Virus record (IMG/VR): IMGVR_UViG_3300029318_000050
Coordinates: 1-32,326 of that record
Direction: 5' to 3' (one strand)
DNA length: 32,326 bases
Source of the DNA: a virus
Lineage: Duplodnaviria > Caudoviricetes
Shown here: one piece after another, positions 13,545 to 23,689 of the stretch
Layout: every line of letters begins with the position of its first letter
How positions within the stretch are numbered: the stretch's first letter is position 1
The notes under the pieces: model-generated
Told to the model about the DNA's origin: nothing
Databases searched by the model: none
What the model saw: only the letters and a program-made list of their open reading frames with translations
Position numbers and translations under genes: made by a program

Positions 13545-14942
13545 TTAACCCTCTAATGTTTGAACTCTTGCTTCTAATTCTTGAATAGCTTTAACTAAAA
13601 CAGGTATCATTTGTTCTTTGTTTAAACTTTTACAATCTTCAATATTTTCATCTTTATATGTACTTACTAATTGTTTTAAAGATGTTGTTTCCACCTCTTG
13701 AGCAATAAAACCAAGTTGGTCATTTCCTTTGTCATTTTTCCAATCAAAACTAACAGGTCTTAATTCTTTTACTGCATCTAGTCCAAAAGTTATATCTGCT
13801 ATGTTATCTTTTTTTCTTTCATCAGATAGTGAAACAAGTGAACGATAATGAACAGCACCAGCATAGCTTACAAAAAATTCAAATTCGCTATTTGCATTAT
13901 CATAAATATAATAAGTTTCAACAGAAGTAGAACCTGCACCAACACAAGTTATTTGAGCATGGTCTGAAGCATCCCGTTTTTTTAATACAAAACCTGCGTC
14001 TGTGAGATTATCTGCAGTTTTTCCTACAAGTAATGCACCTGCTGAATTTATTCTCATGGCTTCATCTAAAGTAGTGTCATTTTGTGAAATATAAAAAGCT
14101 AAAGCAGATTCTGCATTACTGTCATCACCATTTTCTTTTAATCCTGCAATGGCTGAAGCTGTTATTGGATTGGTTTCGTCATCAGGTATTTCAAATTCTA
14201 ATCTTGCACCACAACCAGCTTGACCATCTGAACCTGTAGAATTAAAAGTTGTGCTTAACTTCAATACAGTTTCAGGCGTAGTTTGTGTATCGCTAGTTAA
14301 AGGCGTTTGAAGATGCAAACGACATGAAGGTGTGATTGTACCTACACCCACATTACCGCCATTTTCAACAACTACTAGACCATTTGTGCCTACAGTCGAA
14401 CCTGTACCAATAACTAAATCATCAGCAGAATCATCTAAGCCAATATAAAAATCTTGTGCATTACCATTAAATATAAGTGCTGTATCTTCTTCACCACCAT
14501 CACCTATAGTAATTTTTGGTGTAGTGCCTTTAAGAACTAAATGACTATTTGTTAGAGTCATTACATCAACAGCACCAACTCTAAAATCTATTTGATCGTC
14601 TGTATCTGCTGTTATAGATGTATCAGCATCAGCATCTAAAATTAATTCTTGTCCATTTATATCTACTGTTCCTGTAGTTGCAAGATTCCCATTTACTGTC
14701 AAACCACCTGATGTTGCATTATCTGCGGTAATTGATAAAGGCAAAGTAATCCAAGCATTGTTTGCAGAATTTCTTAACTTTAATAAATTGTTAGAAGTAT
14801 CAACCCACCATTCATAAGCAAATTTTGTTGATGGTTCTGAAGAACCTGAGTTGTTAGATACAATAGCATCTAAAGCATTATTTAAGTCTGCTCTAAAGTT
14901 TGCACCTGATTGGTTAGCTATATCGTAATCGTGTTGAGCCAT
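13545..14942 (-). CDS. Tail fibre/spike with C-terminal intramolecular chaperone (peptidase S74)
   Basis: MAQHDYDIANQSGANFRADLN anchor, GNVGVGTITP, and SDERKKDNI...LRPVSFDWK...GFIAQEV...LVKAIQEL. Confidence 0.9.
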   Translation of the reverse strand: MAQHDYDIANQSGANFRADLNNALDAIVSNNSGSSEPSTKFAYEWWVDTSNNLLKLRNSANNAWITLPLSITADNATSGGLTVNGNLATTGTVDINGQELILDADADTSITADTDDQIDFRVGAVDVMTLTNSHLVLKGTTPKITIGDGGEEDTALIFNGNAQDFYIGLDDSADDLVIGTGSTVGTNGLVVVENGGNVGVGTITPSCRLHLQTPLTSDTQTTPETVLKLSTTFNSTGSDGQAGCGARLEFEIPDDETNPITASAIAGLKENGDDSNAESALAFYISQNDTTLDEAMRINSAGALLVGKTADNLTDAGFVLKKRDASDHAQITCVGAGSTSVETYYIYDNANSEFEFFVSYAGAVHYRSLVSLSDERKKDNIADITFGLDAVKELRPVSFDWKNDKGNDQLGFIAQEVETTSLKQLVSTYKDENIEDCKSLNKEQMIPVLVKAIQELEARVQTLEG

Positions 14943-17900
14943 TAAAAACCTCTTGCTATATAGTCAAATGTTCTAGCGACAATTGTACCACTACTGTTCT
15001 TGAAAGTAATTGTAAAACCTGTGCTTGAAACACTTGTTATCTCATAAAAATCTCCACTTGCCATATTCTGTGCGGTGACAGCAATTTTAGGAGTAATTAA
15101 AAATCCTTGACCAAAAGTCACACCTAGTGAACTTGTTGAAGATGTAAGTTGTTGCGTATCTATTTTTTGAAACGCTTCTAAAGTTGCAGATAATGATGTG
15201 ATATAAACTTGGTGTGTGACATCACCCGATGTTACCAATAGCTTGAATTTAAAAGCACGACCATAGTAATTACCGATTCTAAAGTTTTGAAAATCAGACC
15301 AAGATGGTGAGCCACTAGGATCATCATTGGTTGTTGCTATTTGCAACTGTACTTCTACATCATCATAAGTGTTAGCATCTATAGAATCCCAAGTATCTAT
15401 GTTACCTGAACGAGTATCAAAAAAATCTGATGTAGAGTTTGTCGTAAAGGCAAAGGCAGAACTTAGTCTGTAAGATTGTGCGGATATTCCTGTATCAATG
15501 TAATTATTAAATTCATAACTACCTGATAAATCTACACCACCAGCAGAGTCAATCAAACCAACTTCATCAATTAATCCCAATGAATCAAATAAAGTATCTG
15601 CTTCTAATTTTAATTGGTCATCAATTGCAACCATATTAACTTTAGTTCCAGCAAACGATGGATTCTCTGTTCTTGTTAAAAATACTTGCGATTGGAATAA
15701 ATCAGGTGTAACTGTATTTACAACAGATGTTGCATTGGTAGATTTTATGCCTATGGAATCAACAGCTTTGATTAAATAGGTACCAACTAACAATGGCACT
15801 TCTACAGTATTTGATATTCCTGATACTGCTTCTCCTACTTGTGTAGATTGTGACCATACCGCACCTGATGTTAAAGATGAATGTCTAATCTCAAAACTAC
15901 CACCAACTTTTACATCTAAATCAGTTGTAGGTGTCCAACTTAAAGTAGCGGTATTTGAATCTGCCCTTAAATAAAAATTAGAAACATCTGATGGTACTGC
16001 GGTTAAGCCATAGATTCTTTGTGTGGTAGATGTGAACGCTGATGCCACACCAACAGTATTTACTGCTCTTACTCTAAATTCATACAAAGCAGGTTCAATA
16101 TCAAAAAATTCAAAATTAGTGCCTTGTGATGTTCCTGCACCTTGAAAAGATGCTTCAGTTGATTTTTTAAATTCAACATCATAATGATCTATGGTGACAC
16201 CTAAATCTTCCCATTCTGTATTAGTTGATGCACCAAAAGTTAATATGGCTTTTGCTTTTACACCTGAACCTTGTGTGGTAGTAAACAATTCTTCTGTGAC
16301 AGAATTTATTGCTGGTGTATTGACATCAGGCAAAGTTCCAAAGTTTTCTACCTCAAATATTTCTGTAGCAAAATCAGAATAAACACCTAATCTGTTTTTT
16401 GCCCTAATTGCCACAAAGTACCTTCCAGCTTCTAATTTATCTATGGTAAAACTTTCTGTGACACTTCTGCCTTCAAAATCATAACTAGCTTTATTTTCAA
16501 AGCGTACTGCATTTAATCTGTTGATGCCTATTTCATAAGATTCAACAGAAGATTTATTTGGCTGAGTCCAATTTATAGTGACCCTGTTAAATAATGTTGG
16601 CGGTATAGTTATTAATTGTTCTGAAGGAGTAGATATTGTTGGTTTATCTACAGATGAAAAATTAGGTAGATTTGTATTTGGTGAAGTATCTTCTGCTTGT
16701 ATTAAACCAAAATCATAAACATCATCATCGTATTCTCTTGCTGTTATATCTACCTCATCATTATTTTTTATAGCAAGTTTCATTATCTTGAACTTCTTGC
16801 CCTGATTGGAATTTAGTGTATTCCATCCTAAAGATTCCAATGAAATGAAAACTACATCTCCTATTTCTGCCCTTAGTCCTTCTATAGTTGATGTGAAATT
16901 AAAGACCAAAGATTGCCTTGATTGTTTCATGTTAATTGTAGAAATCATCAATGCCCTTTCCATTTGATCTGTAAATGGAAGTTCTATTGCTCTTTCAAGA
17001 CTCAAACCATTATCTTCTGTTTTGAATGTTGTGCTTTCTACAATAGCAAAATCACCTTGCATATCACGATTCTTATTGAAAAAAGTTGCTCTTACTTTAT
17101 TGGCTTTATATTCTTTACCACCCAAAGCTAATTCAAAAGCACCAACAATGTTATCTTCATTGAAAGTTTGTACTGCTGTACCTGTATCATCAATTAATAA
17201 TTTATATTTACCACCTGAAAATATAATAGAACCTCTACAAGATGTAAGAAGTTTTTCAATATTATCTAAGGCTTTATTATTGGTATTTAATATGCCATTA
17301 CAAGTATATTTCTTTTGTGTCTTATCTCCTACTGTCACTTCAGTATCACAAATATTTCTTGCGGTAGTGAATGATGTCGAATCTATTTGCGAACTTGGTA
17401 CAGACCTACCATAAATAGTGTTGGTCAAATAATCTTCAATACAATCTGCTGGATTGTCACTAAAAACTTTATAATCAGTACCGCCTGATGTTGAAGTTCT
17501 AGTTTTCTTGCCAATGACATCAAAATTTACTTGCGGTATTCCTGTATTACCAAATACTTCAGGTTCAAATTTAAATCTTACTATTGCATAAGCAACACCC
17601 AATAATCTATCTGATGCTGTCCAAGTGCCATTGGTTTCAGATATTAAATCTTGATCTGCTGTTTGTGTTGTTGTTCCATTGTATATTTCATATTTGACCA
17701 AACCCTCATATTTTGGCTTGTGTATATTATCTTCACCTGACCATGTATTAAATTCATTTACAGCAATATCAAAATATAAATCATTAGAAACATTAACAGG
17801 ATCGTTGTTTAAATATACTTGGCTTACACCTTGTATCTCACCTTCTGCGATTGCATAAACGACATGAAGAAATTCGTTATCTTCACCTGATACATGATAA

Positions 17901-18238
17901 AAAATTGGTGTACCGCCTACCCTTCTTTTGCCATAAATAACAGGCAAAGGATTGGTTGAGCCTTGTTGATTTGCTAAAGCTGAACGTGCTTGTGCAGACA
18001 TATTGTCAGGAAAGTCTTCATTTAAAGCACCTAACAATTGACTTCCAGCATAAGCACCGACTACAACAGTTGCAACACCTATAGCTATTAATGCACCTAC
18101 AGATATTGTTCCAGCAAGAGTTGAGCCTACTACCAAGGAACCAACAAAAGCAAAAGCAGGTGCTAAAGCAGGTAAGGCAAAAACACTATTTGTAAAAAAT
18201 AAAGCTGTTATAAATAATATTATGTTTCTAATTTTCAT
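14942..18238 (-). CDS. Tail tip / central tail fibre protein (lambda J-like, FNIII repeats)
   Basis: PLPVIYG.RRVGG, AEGEI, DNPADCIEDYL, YTCNG, AREYDDDVY, FNIII motifs YEFRVRAVN. Start probably MKIRN at 18238. Confidence 0.9.
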   Translation of the reverse strand: MKIRNIILFITALFFTNSVFALPALAPAFAFVGSLVVGSTLAGTISVGALIAIGVATVVVGAYAGSQLLGALNEDFPDNMSAQARSALANQQGSTNPLPVIYGKRRVGGTPIFYHVSGEDNEFLHVVYAIAEGEIQGVSQVYLNNDPVNVSNDLYFDIAVNEFNTWSGEDNIHKPKYEGLVKYEIYNGTTTQTADQDLISETNGTWTASDRLLGVAYAIVRFKFEPEVFGNTGIPQVNFDVIGKKTRTSTSGGTDYKVFSDNPADCIEDYLTNTIYGRSVPSSQIDSTSFTTARNICDTEVTVGDKTQKKYTCNGILNTNNKALDNIEKLLTSCRGSIIFSGGKYKLLIDDTGTAVQTFNEDNIVGAFELALGGKEYKANKVRATFFNKNRDMQGDFAIVESTTFKTEDNGLSLERAIELPFTDQMERALMISTINMKQSRQSLVFNFTSTIEGLRAEIGDVVFISLESLGWNTLNSNQGKKFKIMKLAIKNNDEVDITAREYDDDVYDFGLIQAEDTSPNTNLPNFSSVDKPTISTPSEQLITIPPTLFNRVTINWTQPNKSSVESYEIGINRLNAVRFENKASYDFEGRSVTESFTIDKLEAGRYFVAIRAKNRLGVYSDFATEIFEVENFGTLPDVNTPAINSVTEELFTTTQGSGVKAKAILTFGASTNTEWEDLGVTIDHYDVEFKKSTEASFQGAGTSQGTNFEFFDIEPALYEFRVRAVNTVGVASAFTSTTQRIYGLTAVPSDVSNFYLRADSNTATLSWTPTTDLDVKVGGSFEIRHSSLTSGAVWSQSTQVGEAVSGISNTVEVPLLVGTYLIKAVDSIGIKSTNATSVVNTVTPDLFQSQVFLTRTENPSFAGTKVNMVAIDDQLKLEADTLFDSLGLIDEVGLIDSAGGVDLSGSYEFNNYIDTGISAQSYRLSSAFAFTTNSTSDFFDTRSGNIDTWDSIDANTYDDVEVQLQIATTNDDPSGSPSWSDFQNFRIGNYYGRAFKFKLLVTSGDVTHQVYITSLSATLEAFQKIDTQQLTSSTSSLGVTFGQGFLITPKIAVTAQNMASGDFYEITSVSSTGFTITFKNSSGTIVARTFDYIARGF

Positions 18239-18644
18239 TGCTAAATCTATATGCAGAATCAAAATCGTTAAAATCAGATATTGGCAAAATTGCTGTACCT
18301 ATTTGTTCATCTACAGATGCCATTTTACTACCAATACAAATATGACATGAATCCCAATTTTCATTATGTTTAACTAATATGTCACCAAATATAGCTTTAC
18401 TAGGATGATATTCCTTCATTCCTAATTCCAAACATCTTCCTGATATTCTTTGAGCAAATTCTTTTTGAAATTTGATTGCACCTTTTTTTGTAGAATATTT
18501 TTGATAAATTATTTTCAATAAATCTGTACCTAATACCTTATCAAAATATTCAACAATAAATGTATTGCAATCATTAGTACCCCATGCAAAAGGCTCATTT
18601 AATTTTGATTCAATATAATTATTTGCTTTTAATTTATCTATCAT
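18228..18644 (-). CDS. NlpC/P60-like tail assembly protein
   Basis: PFAWGTNDC..F, GDILV, H.CIG. Position between the hub and J genes. Confidence 0.8.
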   Translation of the reverse strand: MIDKLKANNYIESKLNEPFAWGTNDCNTFIVEYFDKVLGTDLLKIIYQKYSTKKGAIKFQKEFAQRISGRCLELGMKEYHPSKAIFGDILVKHNENWDSCHICIGSKMASVDEQIGTAILPISDFNDFDSAYRFSNEN

Positions 18645-20410
18645 CGTATTTCTGTTGGTAGATTTATTCTGCTTCCTGATGAACCATAATTAACTGATGA
18701 TGTAGCTTTTACAGGTCTTTCCAAAACACCATCTGAACCACCACCAAATTCTGAAGCTGTAGCACTTTCAGATAAGGTGATTGTAAAATAATCTGCATTA
18801 GAAGCATCAACTACAGTATGTGATTTATTTAATAAACTTCTATCTAAACCACCAACATCATCCAAACCTTCTAAAGTTATTGTGTCGCTATTTGCTAAAC
18901 CATGACTTGCATAATGAACTTTTACAGTTGCGGATGAAGATGTTGTTTCTATTGGATTAGTTCTAATAGTAAAGCCATCTAAAAGAACAGCATCGCCACC
19001 GCCTCTTGCGGTACTTGTTGCTGTTGTAGATACGACAACTGTGACTGTGTTTGCTGTTATAGCTGTGACAGTATGTGCTTTGTTTATATCAGAAGCTGGT
19101 ACACCACCAACTGCTGTAGCACCTGATATAGTTATTGAATCGCTTACAGCAACATTGTGCTGTGCAAAATCAATGACTAATGAAGTAGAACCTGAAGTTG
19201 TTTTTAAAGGATCAGCTAAAATAATATTTTTTTGTGTGACAGCTACAGTTAGTGTATCTGTAGTTCTTGCAGTTATTTTTTGATCTAAAGAAAGAATTCT
19301 ACTCGCTATGCCACCAACAGATGTTGTTTCTAAATTGAAAGAAACCGCTTCTCCAACTTTAGAAAAGTTATCTGCATTGACTGTAATTGAGTTAGAGCCT
19401 GACGTAGTTTGTATCAACACAGGTGCAATCAATTCATCATCAATTGTTATTTCGCTACCGCCAAACTTGCCTGATTTTACAGATGTGACTGTGTTTGGAA
19501 CTGCAATAGTAAAACCAAAGCCATCTGAATCTATTGAAGTGATTGCATGAGTTCCCGCACCTTCTGAAAAATTTATAGCAGAACTTAAGATAAATTCACC
19601 ATCATCAAATGTTTTTGATTCAAAACCATTTATCTTTACTTGTTGTCCTACAGAAAAGTTTGACGTACTTCTGTTTGCATAATTGATGTGTATTCTTACC
19701 GATCCTGATTGCAAACTAAAAGATGGATTTGTTGGTTTTATTTCTTTAAAAATGCTTTTTTGTGCAGGTGAAGTGTTATTTATTGGTGATGTTGTTGTGC
19801 CTTGTGTTGATACACTAGAACTGCCACCACCTTGTGCAGTAGCACCTGTAGTCATTCCCCAATTTAATTCTCTGACTACGACAGAACTAAATCTGAATCC
19901 TGTATCACCACTAAAAAAACTTTGTTGAGATTCATTATTTGTAAATCTTGTATTGATTCTATCAAAATCCACAAATAATGAACTTGCTTGTACTGCTACT
20001 GTGCTAGTTCCTGCTTCTACATCTTCTTTGATTACAGGATTATTTAATCTACCACTAAAAATTAATAAAGGATCAGATACCAAAGCATCACTGCTATCTA
20101 AAAATGCTTTATAAATTTCAACTGTCCTGTCTAAATAACCACCTACTAAAAATAAATCTACATAGGTTGTATCTACTCCTGATAAAGAAATACTTATGGT
20201 TTCGATATTAGATTCATTGGTTTCAACAATATCTGAAAAAGCTAAAAAACTTCCTGTTGGTGTATAGGTATTTGAATCGTAAGTTACAGGAATATAAGCA
20301 TCAGATAAAAAATAACTGACATCATCAAAGGATAATTTAACTAAATGAAAAGGTTTGTTTGCAGATTTAACAATCTCTGTTTGAAATGCACCTGTGCTTC
20401 CTCTATCCAT
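18641..20410 (-). CDS. Baseplate hub/gpL-position protein (DUF2163-like N-terminus) with repeated beta-domain extension
   Basis: The N-terminal ~185 aa end RFTNNESQQ..F.GDTGF....V..ELNWG. About four TTSGS...H....D.IT..G...VGG...N..HTV...GGG repeats follow. Confidence 0.75.
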   Translation of the reverse strand: MDRGSTGAFQTEIVKSANKPFHLVKLSFDDVSYFLSDAYIPVTYDSNTYTPTGSFLAFSDIVETNESNIETISISLSGVDTTYVDLFLVGGYLDRTVEIYKAFLDSSDALVSDPLLIFSGRLNNPVIKEDVEAGTSTVAVQASSLFVDFDRINTRFTNNESQQSFFSGDTGFRFSSVVVRELNWGMTTGATAQGGGSSSVSTQGTTTSPINNTSPAQKSIFKEIKPTNPSFSLQSGSVRIHINYANRSTSNFSVGQQVKINGFESKTFDDGEFILSSAINFSEGAGTHAITSIDSDGFGFTIAVPNTVTSVKSGKFGGSEITIDDELIAPVLIQTTSGSNSITVNADNFSKVGEAVSFNLETTSVGGIASRILSLDQKITARTTDTLTVAVTQKNIILADPLKTTSGSTSLVIDFAQHNVAVSDSITISGATAVGGVPASDINKAHTVTAITANTVTVVVSTTATSTARGGGDAVLLDGFTIRTNPIETTSSSATVKVHYASHGLANSDTITLEGLDDVGGLDRSLLNKSHTVVDASNADYFTITLSESATASEFGGGSDGVLERPVKATSSVNYGSSGSRINLPTEIR

Positions 20411-20414
20411 CTCA

Positions 20415-21017
20415 TTAAAATATTTCTACCAATGACATACTAAAACCATACAAGGCGCTTGTGTCAGTATTAAATTGTGTAATATCTTCTGTAAAAGAAA
20501 CAGTAAAAGGCACTGATGCAAAAGTTATGGTTTCATCATTTGCAACTGCATTTAAAAGATTAGGTGCAAAATTTAAGGTTGCATGACTTGTGCCATCTGC
20601 ATCCATGTCAGCAGTAGCCATATACACTTTAGAATGACCACTAAACTTAAAGAAATCACCAGCTTTAATAATGCCTGATTCTGAAGCTGTAAGACCATCT
20701 ATAGTCGCTGAATTTGCACCAACCGACACCGCACCATCAACTACAGGAGATTCGGTTGTATCACCTTGTGATGTGCTTATAACAGGCGGTACATAAGTAA
20801 AAGTTTCAAACTGACCTTGTTGCTTCATAGCAAAAGCGTAGATAGGTGCAAACTCTGATCTGGTCATTGGTGGAAATTGAACTTCCAACGACCATCTTTG
20901 ACCACCTCTCCTTCTTACTTGTCTTTTTAAATTTTGTGTGACAGATACTAAAGTAGGCTCAATAGATTTTATATTTACGCTACTTGCAGATGGTGATGTT
21001 GGGAAACTGCCACTCAT
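20415..21017 (-). CDS. Distal tail protein (Dit-like)
   Basis: Follows the tape measure. GQRWSLEVQFPPMTR, KAGDFFKF..H.KVYM, ends LVEIF. Confidence 0.75.
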   Translation of the reverse strand: MSGSFPTSPSASSVNIKSIEPTLVSVTQNLKRQVRRRGGQRWSLEVQFPPMTRSEFAPIYAFAMKQQGQFETFTYVPPVISTSQGDTTESPVVDGAVSVGANSATIDGLTASESGIIKAGDFFKFSGHSKVYMATADMDADGTSHATLNFAPNLLNAVANDETITFASVPFTVSFTEDITQFNTDTSALYGFSMSLVEIF

Positions 21018-22663
21018 GTTACAAAACCTCGCCTTCCTCTTTTATTAAATTCACTTTCTATTATGGCAGATATAGTTGGTGCATTTTCTGTAATTGCTTG
21101 AAGTGTATCTCTTGAATCAAAAGATTGAATATTGTATGTAATATTTACAGGCATACCGCCTGAACCCATGCCACCACCTAATCTATTGTTTGGTACGATT
21201 GTACCTGTTTTGTTTGGTACAAATAATTCTGCACCAGCTTCACCAACTAAATAAGGTCTATTAGCTGTTACAGTACCACCTCTTTCTTTTTTCTTTGGAG
21301 AAAAAACGTCTAAGAAAGATGTAAAACCACCTGTAATTTTATCTATAATTAATTTTCTAATTGCTATTCTTAATAATTCTTTAATCACAAAATTTGCAAA
21401 ATCTTTGAAAGCAAATTTACCTGACATAAGACCATCAACTAAAGTATCTTCAAATTTTTTCATGGCTTGAACAGTTGTATTTTCAATTGCCTTACCTGTA
21501 TCTTCTAACTCTTGCTTAAACTTAGCTAATGGACTCAAAGCATCTGTAAATGATTGAGTTCCTCTATTTGCAAATTCATCTGTGCCATTGGTTAAAGTAT
21601 TCATGGCTTCAACAGAACTGCCAATCATATTCCTATATTCGCCTACTTTGGTCATGACTCCTGTGAAGCCTTCTATAGTTCTTTGTTCAAATTCATTTTG
21701 CCTATCTAGTAAAGAATTTATAGCTTCTTCATTTCTGCCAAAAAAGTTAGTTATTTGCAATAAACTTTCTTGTAAAGATGTAACCATTCTTGAGCCACCA
21801 AGAACCAATTCTTGCATAGCTAATAAAGCTGTTTGTACTCCATCAATTATGTTTGTTGCCAATGCTTGACTGTATTTTTCAATACTGCCTTCTCCTTCAG
21901 CAAAGGTTTTAAACATTGTAGTAAATTCATTTACAAAAGTTTGAAGTATAGGGAGAAATGCCGCAAAGACATTATCTTTCAAACTGTTTAATTGTCTGCT
22001 TAAAATATTTGAAGTATCGTTAAATCTTTCAACAGCATCTACAGCTTCACTTGATATACCAATACCAAGTTCAAGCATTTTATCTTTTAATCCAGCAACC
22101 GCATCACCGCCTTGATTAAGAATTGCAAATAGTTGCTGTCCTGAACGACCAAATAAATTAGTTAGTGCAGAATTTTTTTCTGCGGAAGAACCTAAAGCCG
22201 CTATGCCATCTGCTGTTTCAAGTAATAATTGTTCTGTACCTTTAAGGTTTCCTGAACTATCTCTAATGGAAACACCTAAATCTTTAAATAAATCTGCTTG
22301 TGTTTTAAGACCTCGACCAGCTTCACCAATATTTTTACTAAATTTAAGTAATGCTTTATTAGCACCTTCTGACGAACTACCAGCTTCTTCTGCGGCAATT
22401 TGAAAGGCTTGTAAGAATTCTACAGATACACCTAATTGATCTGACGTTTTTCCAAGCGTATCTATATAAGCAAATGATTGTTTTCCTAAAGCGGCTAATG
22501 CAAAGCCAACACCACCAATGGCGGCAGTCATGCCACCAAAAACTTTTAGTGCTTTGCCAACACCACTTTTAATGGTTTTTAAACCTTTTGTGACAGTGCT
22601 AAATGCTTTTTGAGTCTTATTGACAGCAGTAATGACAATATTTAATTTACCTAGATTACCCAT
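21014..22663 (-). CDS. Tape measure protein (549 aa)
   Basis: Ala/Gly-rich helical sequence following the chaperones. C-terminal GGTV....YLVGEAGAELFVP..TGTIVPN. Confidence 0.92.
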   Translation of the reverse strand: MGNLGKLNIVITAVNKTQKAFSTVTKGLKTIKSGVGKALKVFGGMTAAIGGVGFALAALGKQSFAYIDTLGKTSDQLGVSVEFLQAFQIAAEEAGSSSEGANKALLKFSKNIGEAGRGLKTQADLFKDLGVSIRDSSGNLKGTEQLLLETADGIAALGSSAEKNSALTNLFGRSGQQLFAILNQGGDAVAGLKDKMLELGIGISSEAVDAVERFNDTSNILSRQLNSLKDNVFAAFLPILQTFVNEFTTMFKTFAEGEGSIEKYSQALATNIIDGVQTALLAMQELVLGGSRMVTSLQESLLQITNFFGRNEEAINSLLDRQNEFEQRTIEGFTGVMTKVGEYRNMIGSSVEAMNTLTNGTDEFANRGTQSFTDALSPLAKFKQELEDTGKAIENTTVQAMKKFEDTLVDGLMSGKFAFKDFANFVIKELLRIAIRKLIIDKITGGFTSFLDVFSPKKKERGGTVTANRPYLVGEAGAELFVPNKTGTIVPNNRLGGGMGSGGMPVNITYNIQSFDSRDTLQAITENAPTISAIIESEFNKRGRRGFVT

Positions 22664-22817
22664 TGTTTTCCATTTTACTATTCATTTCTTCTAAATATGC
22701 CAACCAATAAATAAACTCATCTACTGTCATGCTCTTTTGCAATTGTTCAACTGTCATGCCGAGCCTGTCCGCAAGAGCAAACATAGCAAATAGATCAGAA
22801 TCGGCTTTTACTTTTCC
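22656..22817 (-). CDS. gpT-like extension of the tail assembly chaperone via -1 frameshift
   Basis: G GAA AAG TAA slippery site at 22817-22811. The -1 frame reads KVKADSDLFAMFALADRLGMTVEQLQKSMTVDEFIYWLAYL... Confidence 0.8.
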   Translation of the reverse strand, partial: GKVKADSDLFAMFALADRLGMTVEQLQKSMTVDEFIYWLAYLEEMNSKMENNG

Positions 22818-23146
22818 TGTGCTTCTTCAGATGTGACACTACCTAAAATTTCAGATGCAACATTAGACAAAACTTCTACATCAGCTTTTGTCATAAGTGT
22901 TTCCTTATCAGCTAATGTAAAAAGTTTGTTGCCATCTGCATCAAGACTTTTGGTAATGATAGCGTAAACCATAACCTCGAGATCGCCACCATTCGCCATT
23001 TTGTAAAGCTTCTTGCTTTCTTGTAATGTTAATGGTTTTGTAAAAATTTCTAAAGGTTGATCTTCTGTTCCCCATTCTTTGACTTCAATTTTTTTAATTT
23101 CTTGACTGTCAAAGTGAGCAACGACATTATCTATCGCTTTAGTCAT
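22808..23146 (-). CDS. Tail assembly chaperone (gpG-like)
   Basis: Between the major tail protein and the tape measure. IEVKEWG, DADGNKLF. Confidence 0.85.
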   Translation of the reverse strand: MTKAIDNVVAHFDSQEIKKIEVKEWGTEDQPLEIFTKPLTLQESKKLYKMANGGDLEVMVYAIITKSLDADGNKLFTLADKETLMTKADVEVLSNVASEILGSVTSEEAQEK

Positions 23147-23148
23147 AA

Positions 23149-23538
23149 TTAGTAAGTACCAATCGTCAATGCACCTGTTCCTTGAAATGCAATAGTCATT
23201 TCAACAAGTCCATCATGAGCCGCAGTTCTAGTAATATCTGTTACGATAGCACTACCTGACAATTTGTATGCACCACTTGTTGTTCCTTCAGGTGCTAAAT
23301 TCAAAGTGAATGAAGAACCTATAGTTAAAGAAACCTGACCTGAACTATCAGTATCGTCAAAAAATACATCAACTGATCCTGAAAATTCAGTAAGAGTAGC
23401 TTCAAAAGTCTTTGCTGAATCGCCCATAGAAGTAGATTCTGTAGTATCTCCTGTTTGAGTGATACTGTAAGACCTAACTTCTGCTAAAGCATTACTGCCT
23501 GTCTGTACTACACCAGCTTTACCTGTAAATACCGCCAT
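23149..23538 (-). CDS. Major tail tube protein
   Basis: FTGKAG.V, EVRSYSI, ESTSMGD, YKLSGSAIVT, FQGTGAL. Confidence 0.88.
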   Translation of the reverse strand: MAVFTGKAGVVQTGSNALAEVRSYSITQTGDTTESTSMGDSAKTFEATLTEFSGSVDVFFDDTDSSGQVSLTIGSSFTLNLAPEGTTSGAYKLSGSAIVTDITRTAAHDGLVEMTIAFQGTGALTIGTY

Positions 23539-23540
23539 TA

Positions 23541-23678
23541 TTAATCCTCTTTAGATTTTGTTTTAATTTTAGACTCTCCTTCAAGAGTCCACCCATTTGC
23601 TTTCAGATTTTCAACTTCTGAGTCAAAAACAGTTACTTTGCTTTTGCCATCAGGAGAAATCATTACATTTTTATCCAT
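23541..23678 (-). CDS. Small hypothetical protein (45 aa, not in ORF track)
   Basis: MDKNVMISPDGKSKVTVFDSEVENLKANGWTLEG... GAGG RBS, fills the gap. Confidence 0.75.
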   Translation of the reverse strand: MDKNVMISPDGKSKVTVFDSEVENLKANGWTLEGESKIKTKSKED

Positions 23679-23689
23679 AATAAAAAACC

